64,000 bases of DNA. Origin: Hydrurus foetidus (taxonomy: Eukaryota). Below are positions 32,372 through 42,550 of the stretch, one piece after another (position 1 is the stretch's first letter; the number at the start of each line of letters is the position of its first letter). The stretch is taken from positions 1,736,001 to 1,800,000 of the forward strand of contig UYFQ01000001.1 in the NCBI GenBank assembly GCA_900617105.1, written 5' to 3'. The notes under the pieces were generated by a model. The model made no database searches. It saw nothing but the letters and a program-made list of their open reading frames with translations, and was not told where the DNA came from. The position numbers and the translations under genes were made by a program.

Positions 32372-34624
32372 TTATCGGCGCCGAGCTGAGCGGACGCCCG
32401 CCACCTCAGCCACCACCGCAAGCACCTGCTTGAGTCGGGTAGCGTCGGCCACTTCAACAGTAAATGTCATCCACGCCGTGCCGCCGTCAGTACCTTTTTT
32501 GTCATTGACTGACTGCGTTTGCACGCCAATCACGTTCATTTTTTCCTTGGTGAAGGCCTCTGACACATCGCGCAGCAAACCCTGCCGATCTGACGCTTCA
32601 ATCGCCACGTCTACCGGGTAAAAAGCGCCGTTTGCAGCGGTGCCGGGCTTGTCTGGCGCATTCCACTGAACGTCAATCACGCGGTCAGGGCTGCCGCTGG
32701 CCATGTTGCGAAAATTACTGCAGTCGCTGCGGTGCACGCTAACGCCTTTGCCTTTGGTGACAAAGCCCACGATTTCATCAGGCGGTGCGGGCTTGCAGCA
32801 GTTGGCAAGTTGGGTCAGCAGAGAACCCATGCCCACCACCAATACGCCGCCCTTGCCTTTCGCGTTTTGCGCGCTCGATCGGCTTTTTTTAGTGGGTACA
32901 AATTCATCTTGCGCGGGTTCAGGTTCGGGCGGGCGCAGCAAATTTTCAATCGTGCGCAGGCTCAACTCGTCTTTGCCCACCACCTCAAACAAATCGTCGG
33001 CGGATTTAAAGCCCAGCTGCCCAGCCAGGTCGTCCAGCTTCATGGCGGTTTTGCCCTCGCGCTGCAGCAGCTTTTCAACCGCTTCACGGCCCTTGGCGAC
33101 GGTTTGCGCCATTTCTTGGGCGTTGAACCAGGCACGCACTTTAGACCTGGCCCGGTGGCTTGATAAAAAGCCCAACTCAACGTTTAACCAATCACGCGAA
33201 GGCCCCCCTTCCTTGGCGGTGATGATCTCCACCGTTTGCCCGTTGGCCAGTGGCGTGTTCAGCGGCATCATGGCACCGTCTATTCGCGCGCCCCGGCAGC
33301 GGTGACCCACGTTGGTATGCACGCTGTAGGCAAAGTCAACACTGGTTGCACCCTGGGGCAGCTCAATAATGGCCGCTTCTGGGGTCAGCACATAAATGCG
33401 GTCTTCAAACAGGCCTTGCCCCTCGGCTGAAGCGCGTTGAATTGACGAGCCCGACAACTCACGCTCCCACGCCAGCAACTGGCGCAGCACCGCAATTTTC
33501 GCGTCGTATTCGCCGCTGGCCGACACACCCGCATAGCCTTTTACGCCCGCTTCTTTGTACGCCCAGTGCGCCGCCACGCCGTGCTCAGCATGGTCATGCA
33601 TGGCCTGGGTGCGGATTTGAATCTCAAGCGGTTTGCCGGACTCATCGCGCACCACGGTGTGCAGCGACTGGTAGCCGTTCGATTTCGGTTTGGCAATGTA
33701 GTCATCAAACTCCCCATCAATTGGTGCAAATTGCGTATGCACAAAGCTAAGCGCGGCGTAGCAACCCGGGACGTCAGCAGAAATGACACGCAGCGCCCGA
33801 ATGTCAAACACCTGGTCAAACGCCAGTGCTTTGCCGCGCATTTTTTTAACAATGCTGTAGATGTGCTTGGGTCGGCCGTATACCAACGCCGCCACGCCGC
33901 CACGGTTCAGGTTTTGCTCCAATTGCGCGCGCAGCGCTTCCATAAACTGTTCGCGTCCGGCGCGTTTTTCGTCCAGCAGCTGCGCAGTTTTTTTGTACGT
34001 TTCGGGCTCCAGAAAACGAAAAGCAAGGTCTTCCATTTCCCATTTAATTTGCCAAATACCCAGCCGATTTGCCAGCGGCGCAAATACGTGCAGCGACTCA
34101 TTAGCCAGCGCATACGGCGCGTTTACTTTGTTCGCGGCAAAGTAGCGCAGCTTTTGCAGGCGCGACGCCAATCGCAGCATGACAACGCGCAAATCACGCG
34201 AAAACGCCAGCAGCATTTTGCGAACGTTTTCAGTTTGCGCGGCGGCGTCATCGGCCAGTTGCGCTTTGCTGCCAGCGCCTCTGGCTTGGCGCTGAACATT
34301 GGCGAGCTTGGTGGTTTCAAGCGCCAGCGCGGCGTAGTTTGCGCCAAAAGCCTTGGTGATCACCTCTTGCGGCCGGGTTAAATGCTGGCAAGCATGCACC
34401 AGGTAAATGGCAGTTTGCAGCGCTGCTGAGCCGCCAATTGACTTCAAAATAGCCACCACTGCATCGGCGTGGGCCAGCGTGTTTTCACCCGTGTCAAGCA
34501 ACTCGTAGGCAATCAATGGCTCAGCGAACGCGCGTGCCCTCAGCAAATCTTGAGCCATGCTTGCGCCATCGTCAGCGGTGGCGGCCACGATGGGCGCCCC
34601 AGCGCTTGCCAACTTATTCTTCAT
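32372..34624 (-). CDS. relA: (p)ppGpp synthetase, RelA-type
   Basis: APLANRLGIWQIKWEMED, GRPKHIYSI, EFDDY (ExDD), NGYQSLHT, TGS and ACT domains; no intact HD motif in the hydrolase region. Confidence 0.9.
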   Translation of the reverse strand: MKNKLASAGAPIVAATADDGASMAQDLLRARAFAEPLIAYELLDTGENTLAHADAVVAILKSIGGSAALQTAIYLVHACQHLTRPQEVITKAFGANYAALALETTKLANVQRQARGAGSKAQLADDAAAQTENVRKMLLAFSRDLRVVMLRLASRLQKLRYFAANKVNAPYALANESLHVFAPLANRLGIWQIKWEMEDLAFRFLEPETYKKTAQLLDEKRAGREQFMEALRAQLEQNLNRGGVAALVYGRPKHIYSIVKKMRGKALAFDQVFDIRALRVISADVPGCYAALSFVHTQFAPIDGEFDDYIAKPKSNGYQSLHTVVRDESGKPLEIQIRTQAMHDHAEHGVAAHWAYKEAGVKGYAGVSASGEYDAKIAVLRQLLAWERELSGSSIQRASAEGQGLFEDRIYVLTPEAAIIELPQGATSVDFAYSVHTNVGHRCRGARIDGAMMPLNTPLANGQTVEIITAKEGGPSRDWLNVELGFLSSHRARSKVRAWFNAQEMAQTVAKGREAVEKLLQREGKTAMKLDDLAGQLGFKSADDLFEVVGKDELSLRTIENLLRPPEPEPAQDEFVPTKKSRSSAQNAKGKGGVLVVGMGSLLTQLANCCKPAPPDEIVGFVTKGKGVSVHRSDCSNFRNMASGSPDRVIDVQWNAPDKPGTAANGAFYPVDVAIEASDRQGLLRDVSEAFTKEKMNVIGVQTQSVNDKKGTDGGTAWMTFTVEVADATRLKQVLAVVAEVAGVRSARRR

Positions 34625-34646
34625 GGCGGGTCAGTTTCATAAGAGC

Positions 34647-35573
34647 TCATAACCGAGCATTGAGCCCTAAAAACGAAACCACAGCTGCTACCTGGTCGGG
34701 GGCCATCAGCGTAGGCGCGTGGCCCACCCCCGCAAACTCGACCAGCTTGGCTCGTGGGCCGCGCTGGGTCATCTCAAGCGCCGTGGCCGGGCTAAGCAAG
34801 TCAGACTCGGCACCGCGCAGCAGGAGCGTCTGGGCTGTGATGTTGTCATACAGCTGCCACAGCGTTTTTTCGCTTTGCAGGGTTGACGCTTCGGTTGCCT
34901 GTTTGAAAGGCGCGGCTATTGCCGGGTCGCAGTGCAGGCGATATTGCGTGTTGGGTGCAGACGAGATGGGCCGCGTCATCGGTGTTGACAAGGCCAGCCA
35001 CTGCGCGGGGGTATGCGGGCCAAACCCGGTTGAAATTGCCCACATTGCGTCGGCTGCTGCTTGGACTGAATCAAATAGCCCAGCCTTGCCCAAGTACGTG
35101 CCAATTCGCACAATCGCTTCCCACTGTAGTGCCGGGCCGACATCGTTTAGCACCAAGCTGCGCACTGGCGCAGGAAGTGGCAAACCCGGCTGACCACACA
35201 CCACCAAGCCAATCAAGCCGCCCATGCTGGTGCCAATCCAGTCCAGCTCAGTGATGGGCGATTGCACGTGCAATTGCGCCAGCAGCGCCAGCATGTCTGC
35301 GGCGTATTGCGGCACCTGGTAGCCCGATGGGTCTTTCAGCCAGCCGCTTTCGCCCCGGCCCACCACATCAACACACACCACGCGAATGTCGCCCGCCGGT
35401 GCGGCTCGCACCAGTGCCTGCGCAAGAGTGTCAAAGTCACGCCCCTGCCGAGACAGGCCGTGCACGCACGCGACCACGTGGCTGCTTTTCGGGTTGCCCC
35501 ATTGCCAATATGCCATCAAGTGGCCCTCGCTGCTGTCGGTGCATTGAACGTAATTCAGGTTGGGCTCTTGCAT
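34647..35573 (-). CDS. Alpha/beta hydrolase, probable 3-hydroxybutyrate-oligomer hydrolase
   Basis: CVHGLSRQGRDFD, GTSMGG nucleophile elbow, GVGHAP; divergent from bdhA. The specific function is inferred from context. Confidence 0.75.
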   Translation of the reverse strand: MQEPNLNYVQCTDSSEGHLMAYWQWGNPKSSHVVACVHGLSRQGRDFDTLAQALVRAAPAGDIRVVCVDVVGRGESGWLKDPSGYQVPQYAADMLALLAQLHVQSPITELDWIGTSMGGLIGLVVCGQPGLPLPAPVRSLVLNDVGPALQWEAIVRIGTYLGKAGLFDSVQAAADAMWAISTGFGPHTPAQWLALSTPMTRPISSAPNTQYRLHCDPAIAAPFKQATEASTLQSEKTLWQLYDNITAQTLLLRGAESDLLSPATALEMTQRGPRAKLVEFAGVGHAPTLMAPDQVAAVVSFLGLNARL

Positions 35574-35651
35574 GTTGGTCTGACGTATCTTGTAGTGAAA
35601 GCTGGATAATAAAAAATCGACTCCAGTTCATCATACGAAGAAAGTTTCATC

Positions 35652-36434
35652 ATGCTCAAAGGCAAAACCGCGTTAGTAACAGGCTCAACCAGCGGCATTG
35701 GCTTGGGTATTGCCAAAGCGCTGGCCGCGCAAGGCGCAAATATCGTGATGAATGGTTTTGGCGATGTTGCGGGCCCGAAGGCCGAGATTGAAGCTTTTGG
35801 CACAAGCGTAGTGCACCACAACGCTGACATGAGCAAGCCAGCCGAGATTGCCGACATGATGGCCTTTGCCGCAGCGCAATTTGGCCTGGTCGATATTTTG
35901 GTCAACAACGCCGGCATTCAACACGTTGCCCGCATCGAGAACTTCCCCGTCGAAAAATGGGATGCCATCATTGCCATCAATTTGTCCAGCGCCTTTCACG
36001 CCACCCGCCTGGCGCTGCCCGCCATGCAAGCCGCCAACGGCGGCAAAGGCTGGGGCCGCATCATCAACATCGCGTCCGCCCACGGCCTGGTGGCGTCAGC
36101 TGAAAAGTCAGCGTACGTCGCCTCCAAACACGCCATCGTTGGCCTGACCAAAGTCACCGCACTGGAAAACGCCAAAAGCGGCGTGACCTGCAACGCAATT
36201 TGCCCTGGCTGGGTGCTGACACCGCTGGTGCAAAAGCAGCTAGACGACCGCGCAAAAGCAGGCGGCATGACGATGGAAGCGGCAACTGCCCAGCTGTTGG
36301 GTGAAAAAGAGCCATCGTTACAGTTCACCACGCCAGAAGAGCTGGGAGCGCTGGCGGTGTTCTTCTGCTCGCCTGCAGGCAACAACGTGCGCGGGGTGGC
36401 TTGGAATATGGATGGTGGGTGGGTGGCGCAGTGA
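35652..36434 (+). CDS. bdhA: D-3-hydroxybutyrate dehydrogenase
   Basis: TGSTSGIG, NNAGIQHVA, SAHGLVAS, YVASKH, CPGWVLTPLV. Confidence 0.93.
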   Translation: MLKGKTALVTGSTSGIGLGIAKALAAQGANIVMNGFGDVAGPKAEIEAFGTSVVHHNADMSKPAEIADMMAFAAAQFGLVDILVNNAGIQHVARIENFPVEKWDAIIAINLSSAFHATRLALPAMQAANGGKGWGRIINIASAHGLVASAEKSAYVASKHAIVGLTKVTALENAKSGVTCNAICPGWVLTPLVQKQLDDRAKAGGMTMEAATAQLLGEKEPSLQFTTPEELGALAVFFCSPAGNNVRGVAWNMDGGWVAQ

Positions 36435-36451
36435 GGTTTGTGAGGCCGAAT

Positions 36452-36499
36452 GCTATTTAATTTGTAGCTGCTTGCGCCCGTATTGATTAGGCTGCACTC
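36452..36499 (+). repeat. 48-bp motif copy 10 (intergenic)
   Basis: GCTAT-ttaattt-GTAGC-TGCTTGCGCCCG-tattgat-TAGGCTGCACTC. Confidence 0.9.
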
Positions 36500-36682
36500 A
36501 TTATTGATTGGTGAAGATGGGGCGATTCCTTGTTTTTGAAGCGCTGCGGCCCCTGTTTGGAGCGCAACGAGCCTTTAAACAGCGGTATTGCAAACTGCCA
36601 GTGGTGTTGCGAGGCCTCGCACTTGCGGGCTAGACCCGTCATCAAGTTGCTTCAGCAAACTCACGCCGAAGCACGTAGCCTC

Positions 36683-37165
36683 TTAGTGCGTACACCATTG
36701 CTCCTCGCACGGAATGCCGTCCCTGTCGCCGTCCATTTTTACGCCGGGGCAGTTGGCTAAAAAGTACTTCGCTTCGGCACACGACGTCATCTGTGAACAG
36801 TACTTGCGCTTGTCGCATCCAAATTTTCCTGGGACGGGCGCAACAACCTCAGTCGACGCTTTTCGCTCGTCCGCGCGACCGGATGGCGGAATCGCTGCCA
36901 CTGTAGGGCTGGTCGACGTTGCAGCGTCAGCAGCGGGCGCTGTTTGAGTGCTTCGCGTAACGCCAGCCGTCTCGGCACGTTTTTTCTGTTTCCGATTCAG
37001 TTGCTCTGCCGTGGGCGCTGGCTTGACTTGCCCGGTTGGGCAAGGATCGCGCTGATAAGTCGTGGTGCCATTAACGACACATTTGTTCACTTGGGTCGCA
37101 CCAACCGCTGAAAAAGAAATCAACAGACAGAAAAGTACAAGGGTGGTGTTGCGGGGTTTAAACAT
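36683..37165 (-). CDS. Secreted Excalibur calcium-binding domain protein
   Basis: Signal peptide, CVVNGTTTYQRDPCP N-domain, Ala/Thr linker, C-terminal CSQMTSCAEA..MDGDRDGIPCE (DxDxDG). Confidence 0.85.
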   Translation of the reverse strand: MFKPRNTTLVLFCLLISFSAVGATQVNKCVVNGTTTYQRDPCPTGQVKPAPTAEQLNRKQKKRAETAGVTRSTQTAPAADAATSTSPTVAAIPPSGRADERKASTEVVAPVPGKFGCDKRKYCSQMTSCAEAKYFLANCPGVKMDGDRDGIPCEEQWCTH

Positions 37166-37391
37166 GATAAGTGTGTGAAAAAGAATAAGCGAAAGGTTTC
37201 TGCCCAGCCAAACAAACTGGTTACGGGTGCGACGTGACTTACTGTACTTCTTGAAACTCACAAAACGAAAAGGTTGGGTGGCCAATCGTTGTCGCCGCCC
37301 CCTGCGGCTGCCGACTTGCTGACTTTTACTTAGTTAGCCTGCTGGACTTCATGCGGACGCTGATTCCGAATAAACTTCAGCAGATTATTTT

Positions 37392-37439
37392 GCTATTTAT
37401 TTAGCAGCTGCTCCCACCCGTATTTATTGGCGTAAACGC
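37392..37439 (+). repeat. 48-bp motif copy 11 (intergenic, diverged)
   Basis: GCTAT-ttattta-GCAGC-TGCTCCCACCCG-tatttat-TGGCGTAAACGC. Confidence 0.8.
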
Positions 37440-37593
37440 CAAAAACCCACTCAAATTAGCCGTCATTTGCACCCACTGCCGCTTTGTTCGACTGATCGGC
37501 ACGCCCCCCAATTTGTAACGCTTAGAAAGCACCACGTTGTGCACGCGCGCCGCCGGTGTCACAATTTTTAGCACAACAAAAAAGGTGAGCAAC

Positions 37594-39168
37594 ATGCAAC
37601 GACTCGGGCCGGTACTTCAGTTTTTAGGCAATCAAGGCAACACTTGGGGCGTCAGCGTTCTGGTTGTGACGGACGAGTCAGATGCTGCACCTACTTTGAT
37701 ATTTTCAAGAGCTGCGGCAACTGTCAATCAAGTGTCGTGCCCCGTGCCCGGCCATGCCATAACGGCTTGGCGCTTTGACTTTGCTGTGCCGCAAACGGCG
37801 AAAAACCAGGTGGTCGCGTACACCGTGGGTGGACAAAACCTGAGCTTTAATGTGCCCGCGCTTGGTGCTATGCCCAGCATGGCCTACGCGTCGTGTAACG
37901 GCTTTTCCAGCCTGAGTGCGATGAAGTCGACGCCCGTGCCTAACGCACTTTGGGCGCGGCTGCAGCGCCTGCACTCGCTCCAAGACAAGGTCGACACGCA
38001 AACCTTTGGGCCGTACCATTTGCTGCTGCTCGGCGGTGACCAGGTCTACAGCGACGCCATGTGGGCCGTATTGCCTGACTTGCAAGCCTGGTCTCAGCTT
38101 GACCGCCCTGCCCGCGTGGCGGCACCTTTTACGCCTGCCATGCAGGCTGCGCTGACTGCTTACTTTTCAAAAATGTACTTGGAGCGCTGGTCGCAGCCCG
38201 AGGTGGCGGCGGCGCTTGCCAGCGTGCCCTCTGTGATGATGTGGGACGACCACGACATCATGGACGGCTGGGGCTCGCACCCAGCTGATCTGCACGAATG
38301 CCCGGTGTTTCAAGGCATTTTTAAAGTCGCCCGGGCCGCGTTTGAATTGTTCCAGCGGCAGATCATGCAAACGGGCGCGCCCGCGCCCGCCACCCTGCCT
38401 GGCCAAAGCGCGCACAGCAGCGGCTACCGCATGGGTGCGGCAGGGCTACTCACACTAGACATGCGCAGCGAGCGCAGCCCGCGCTCGGGCGATGTCAACG
38501 CCGTGGGCGGCGTGCTGCACGCCGAGCAAGTCATAAGCGAGGCCAGCTGGCGCTCGGTTTACCAGTGGCTTGACGAGCAAGAAGCCACCGGCGATATGAA
38601 GCACCTGTTTGTGATGAGCAGCATTCCGGTAGTGCACCCCAGTTTTGAACTGCTTGAAAAACTGCTGGGCATATTCCCCGGCCAGCAGACGCTGGAAGAC
38701 GACCTGCGTGACCACTGGACCAGCCCACCGCACAAGGCCGAGCGCCTTCGCCTGATTCACCGGCTGCTGGCCGCCAGCGCCAAGGGCATTCGCGTCACGC
38801 TGCTGTCTGGCGACGTGCATGTGGCAGCCATCGGCGTGATTGAGTCTGACCGCAGCAGCGCCGCAAGCAACGGGCGAGTGATCAATCAGTTGACTTCAAG
38901 CGGAATCGTGCACCCGCCACCACCGGGTGTGGCGCTCTTCTTTTTAGAGCAAGCCTGCCAGCGGGTTGACCAAATTGATCGCGGCATCACGGGCACGATG
39001 CATGAGTTTCCGACCACCAGCCACCGCATGATTGGCGCGCGCAATTTTTTAACGCTGCAGCCTGACACCCCCAACCCGCTGGCGTTAACCCAGCAGCGCT
39101 ACTGGGCGAATTGGTGGGCTGAGGGTGAGCCGCATCCGTACACCAAGGTTATTCACCCGGTGGGGTAA
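37594..39168 (+). CDS. PhoD-like metallophosphatase
   Basis: YASCNG, GGDQVYSD, WDDHDI, DMRSER, SGDVH metal-binding motifs. Confidence 0.85.
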   Translation: MQRLGPVLQFLGNQGNTWGVSVLVVTDESDAAPTLIFSRAAATVNQVSCPVPGHAITAWRFDFAVPQTAKNQVVAYTVGGQNLSFNVPALGAMPSMAYASCNGFSSLSAMKSTPVPNALWARLQRLHSLQDKVDTQTFGPYHLLLLGGDQVYSDAMWAVLPDLQAWSQLDRPARVAAPFTPAMQAALTAYFSKMYLERWSQPEVAAALASVPSVMMWDDHDIMDGWGSHPADLHECPVFQGIFKVARAAFELFQRQIMQTGAPAPATLPGQSAHSSGYRMGAAGLLTLDMRSERSPRSGDVNAVGGVLHAEQVISEASWRSVYQWLDEQEATGDMKHLFVMSSIPVVHPSFELLEKLLGIFPGQQTLEDDLRDHWTSPPHKAERLRLIHRLLAASAKGIRVTLLSGDVHVAAIGVIESDRSSAASNGRVINQLTSSGIVHPPPPGVALFFLEQACQRVDQIDRGITGTMHEFPTTSHRMIGARNFLTLQPDTPNPLALTQQRYWANWWAEGEPHPYTKVIHPVG

Positions 39169-39205
39169 ATTAGTCTGAAAAAGGCTGCTTTTGGGCATAT
39201 TTTAG

Positions 39206-39253
39206 GGCTTTAGCCCAATAAATACGGGCGCGAGCAGCTCTTATTTATATAGC
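39206..39253 (-). repeat. 48-bp motif copy 12 (intergenic, between convergent genes)
   Basis: Plus strand GGCTTTAGCCCA-ataaata-CGGGCGCGAGCA-GCTCT-tatttat-ATAGC. Confidence 0.92.
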
Positions 39254-39270
39254 AACTTTGCAAGCAGATT

Positions 39271-40689
39271 TTAAAACCAGCGCTTGAGCAAGCCCATGAT
39301 CTGGTCAAACCGCTTGCCGTACGGCGGGTAAAACAAATCGCCGCGCGCCCACCTCGATTGCACCAGCACGGGCTTTTGCATGGTGAGCCTTAAAAACCCG
39401 GCCTCGCCGTGGTAGCTGCCCCAGCCGCTTTCGCCAATGCCGCCAAACGGCAGGTTTTCATGCGCAATGTGCATCAGCGTGTCGTTGATGCTGACGCCGC
39501 CGCTCACGGTGCGGGCAAGCACGGTGTCGCGCACGGCGTTGTCTTGCCCAAACCAGTACAGCGCCAGCGGGCGTGGCCTGGCATTGATGTAGTTAATCGC
39601 CTGGTCAACCGAATCGTACGGCACCACCGGCAGCACCGGGCCAAAGATTTCTTCGTGCATTAATTGGGCGTCCGCCGGTACGTCAAACACCAACACCGGG
39701 GCCATTTGGCGGTGCGTTGTGGGAACGCCGCCTGTGTCGATTTTTTGCAGCCTCGCGCCGCTTGCTTCAGCGGCAGCCAGCATGGCTTGCAGGCGCTCTT
39801 GGTGGCGCGGGCTGATGATGGCAGCGTAGTCTGGGTTACCCGCAATGGTGGGGAAAAGCTGCGCCACCGCTTGGGCAAACGCGTGACTAAAAGCGGCCTC
39901 TTGTCCTTTGGGCAGCAGCACGTAATCGGGCGCAATGCAGGTCTGCCCTGCGTTGAGCAACTTGCCGTGGGCAATTTTGAGCGAAGCGCTTTTCATGTCG
40001 CAGCTGGCATCAATGATGCACGGCGATTTGCCGCCCAACTCAAGCGTCGTCGGCGTTAAATTGGCAGCGGCAGCCTTGGCCACGATGCGGCCAACGGCGG
40101 TCGAGCCGGTAAAAAACAAATGGTCAAACGGAAGGCTGGAAAATTCCGCCGCCAATTGCCCATCGCCTTCCACCAGGCACACTTCATCAGGCGCGAAGGT
40201 TTTGCCAATCAGCTCAGCCAGCAGCGCTGATGTTTTAGGCGTCAGTTCGCTGGGCTTGAGCATCACGCGGTTGCCCGCACTCAATGCCGTGATGATGGGG
40301 CTGAGGGCAAGCTGCACCGGATAGTTCCACGGCGACACCACACCGACCACACCCAGCGGCTGGCGCTGCAAAAAGGCGCGCGCGGGCTGCAGGTAAATGG
40401 GTGTCGACACCTTCACGGGTTTGACCCACCCTGCTAGGTGCTTGAGCGTGTGCGACATCAAGCTGCGCAGCACCAACAGGTCAGCTACCTCAGTGAGCTG
40501 CGCGCTGCGCACACCAAAGTCAGCTTGCACAGCCTGTGCAAGTGCTGCGCTGTTGTCTTCAATCAACGCCTTCATGCGCAGCAGGCGGTCACGCCGCACA
40601 CTGAGCGGCACGACTACATCGCGGCGGCTGGCGGCGTACTGGTTGTCAAAAAGCTGGCGTAAATTTGTTGGAGCTGCTGGTGAAGTCAT
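39271..40689 (-). CDS. Aldehyde dehydrogenase (coniferyl-aldehyde dehydrogenase/ALDH3-like)
   Basis: PWNYP, KPSE, FTGST, LELGGKSP, NAGQTCIAPDY, EEIFGP, PFGGIGESGWGSYHG. Confidence 0.9.
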   Translation of the reverse strand: MTSPAAPTNLRQLFDNQYAASRRDVVVPLSVRRDRLLRMKALIEDNSAALAQAVQADFGVRSAQLTEVADLLVLRSLMSHTLKHLAGWVKPVKVSTPIYLQPARAFLQRQPLGVVGVVSPWNYPVQLALSPIITALSAGNRVMLKPSELTPKTSALLAELIGKTFAPDEVCLVEGDGQLAAEFSSLPFDHLFFTGSTAVGRIVAKAAAANLTPTTLELGGKSPCIIDASCDMKSASLKIAHGKLLNAGQTCIAPDYVLLPKGQEAAFSHAFAQAVAQLFPTIAGNPDYAAIISPRHQERLQAMLAAAEASGARLQKIDTGGVPTTHRQMAPVLVFDVPADAQLMHEEIFGPVLPVVPYDSVDQAINYINARPRPLALYWFGQDNAVRDTVLARTVSGGVSINDTLMHIAHENLPFGGIGESGWGSYHGEAGFLRLTMQKPVLVQSRWARGDLFYPPYGKRFDQIMGLLKRWF

Positions 40690-40747
40690 GCAGCATCATA
40701 GGCGGCGGGTTTGTCCATATCGAGTCCAAAGCGCAAAGTCTGCAGTG

Positions 40748-41830
40748 CTAGCGCAATACCGCTACGCCCTTAACCTGCGCAAACACGGCTTTGCCGGGCG
40801 CCAACGCCAGCGCGTCTGCTGATTTTTGAGTCAACCGGGCCAGCAGCGTAGCGCCGCCCACATTCAGCGCCACCATGACTTGACCCGGCCCGTCTTCAAC
40901 CAGGTTGATGACGACGGCCGGCAGAATGTTTTGCACGCTGGTTTGCACTGGCTGCACGAGGCTGATGCTGACATCACGCGCCTGCACCCTAACGCGCACC
41001 GCTTGCCCAACGCTCAATCGCGAGTTAACCAGGCTGATTTGCCCGCCTGAAAATTGGGCATAGCTCAGGTGGTAATGCGGCTCGGTGTGGCTGACCACGG
41101 CGTCAATCACCGCCGCCGCCGCATCGCCGTGGGCCAGCGGTAAGTCAAGCCGCGTCATCAAGTCAAGCGCGGGGCCTGCCGCAATTGCGCGGCCAGCGCT
41201 AAGCAGCACCACATGATCAGCCAGCCGGGCCACTTCGTCGAGCGCGTGGCTGACATACACAATCGGCACGTTTTGCCGGGCCAATGTCTCCAGGTACGGC
41301 AGCACTTCAGCCTTGCGCTGGGCGTCGAGCGAGGCCAGCGGCTCGTCCATTAACAGCAGGCGCGGGCTGGTGGCCAGTGCGCGTGCAATGCCTACCCGCT
41401 GGCGTTCACCGCCCGACAACGCTGTCGTTGTTCGGCTGAGCAATTGCTCCAGGCCCAGAAGTTCAATCGCCTGGCTGAGCGACAGCTTTCGTTCATGCGC
41501 TGGCAAGCGGCTAAGACCGTAAGTCAGGTTTTGCGCCACGGTTAAATGCGCAAACAAATTGGCGTCTTGAAACACCACGCCAATTGGCCGCTGATGCACT
41601 GGCTTGAAGATGTTCAGAGACTCGTCTTGCCACACCTCGCCCCCCACCTGCATGCGCCCGGCCTTGCTGCGGTGCAGCCCCGCCAGGCAGCGCAGCAGCG
41701 TGGTTTTGCCTGAGCCCGATGCGCCAAACACGGCACTAACACCTTGCCCGGCAAAGGTCACATCAACATCAAGCGTGAAGGCGCCAAACGCCTGCTGAAA
41801 GCTTGCTGAAATACCTGAGTCGCCGGTCAT
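40748..41830 (-). CDS. modC: Molybdate ABC transporter ATPase
   Basis: [22 protein letters not shown] and C-terminal TOBE domains. Confidence 0.95.
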   Translation of the reverse strand: MTGDSGISASFQQAFGAFTLDVDVTFAGQGVSAVFGASGSGKTTLLRCLAGLHRSKAGRMQVGGEVWQDESLNIFKPVHQRPIGVVFQDANLFAHLTVAQNLTYGLSRLPAHERKLSLSQAIELLGLEQLLSRTTTALSGGERQRVGIARALATSPRLLLMDEPLASLDAQRKAEVLPYLETLARQNVPIVYVSHALDEVARLADHVVLLSAGRAIAAGPALDLMTRLDLPLAHGDAAAAVIDAVVSHTEPHYHLSYAQFSGGQISLVNSRLSVGQAVRVRVQARDVSISLVQPVQTSVQNILPAVVINLVEDGPGQVMVALNVGGATLLARLTQKSADALALAPGKAVFAQVKGVAVLR

Positions 41831-42498
41831 GACCGCAGCGCCCGGCGGTTAAGCCACTGCAGCGCCAGCAGCACGGCAAATGAAAACACCACCAGCCCGA
41901 ATGCCAGCGTGTGCGCCTGCGGATACTGCAAGGCTTCTACGTGGTCATAAATTTGCACCGACAACACCCGCGTGGCACCGGGTATGTTGCCGCCAATCAT
42001 CAGCACAATGCCAAACTCGCCCACCGTGTGCGCAAAGCCCATGACTGCCGCCGTGGCGTAAGCCGGCCTGGCCAGCGGCAACACTACGCTAAAAAATGCA
42101 TCAAGCGGTGACGCCCGCAGCGTGGCTGCGGCTTCCAGCGGCTTGGTGCCAATCGCCTCAAATGCGTTTTGCAGCGGCTGCACCACAAACGGCAGTGAGT
42201 AAAAAACCGAGCCCACCACCAGCGCTGAAAACGTGAACGGCAGCAGCCCCAGCCCAAGGGCTTGCGTAAGCTGCCCCACCGGCCCGTTGGGCCCCATCAG
42301 CAGCAGTAAATAAAAACCAATGACTACCGGCGGCAGCACCAGCGGCAGCGCCACCAATGCGGCCACTACACCTTTGGCACGCGACGACGTGCGCGCCAAC
42401 CACCAGGCCAGCGGCGTGCCGACCAGCAGCAGCACCGCCGTGGTCACGCTGGCCAGCTTAAAGGTGAGCCAAATGGCTTGCAGTGCGGAGGCGTCCAA
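41827..42498 (-). CDS. modB: Molybdate ABC transporter permease
   Basis: [39 protein letters not shown] start. Confidence 0.95.
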   Translation of the reverse strand: MDASALQAIWLTFKLASVTTAVLLLVGTPLAWWLARTSSRAKGVVAALVALPLVLPPVVIGFYLLLLMGPNGPVGQLTQALGLGLLPFTFSALVVGSVFYSLPFVVQPLQNAFEAIGTKPLEAAATLRASPLDAFFSVVLPLARPAYATAAVMGFAHTVGEFGIVLMIGGNIPGATRVLSVQIYDHVEALQYPQAHTLAFGLVVFSFAVLLALQWLNRRALRS

Positions 42499-42550
42499 GT
42501 GCAGGTGCTTTTATAAAAGTTGAACGCGTTTTTGCCGCAACACAGGCGAT

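Noticed and set aside
36500..36682. Integron attC site next to the Excalibur gene
   Set aside because: Short palindromes are present, but I found no convincing RYYYAAC..GTTRRRY pair and no integrase.
37696..37730. TTCAAGAGCTGC in the PhoD-like gene as a degenerate copy
   Set aside because: The first dyad arm and the core do not match.
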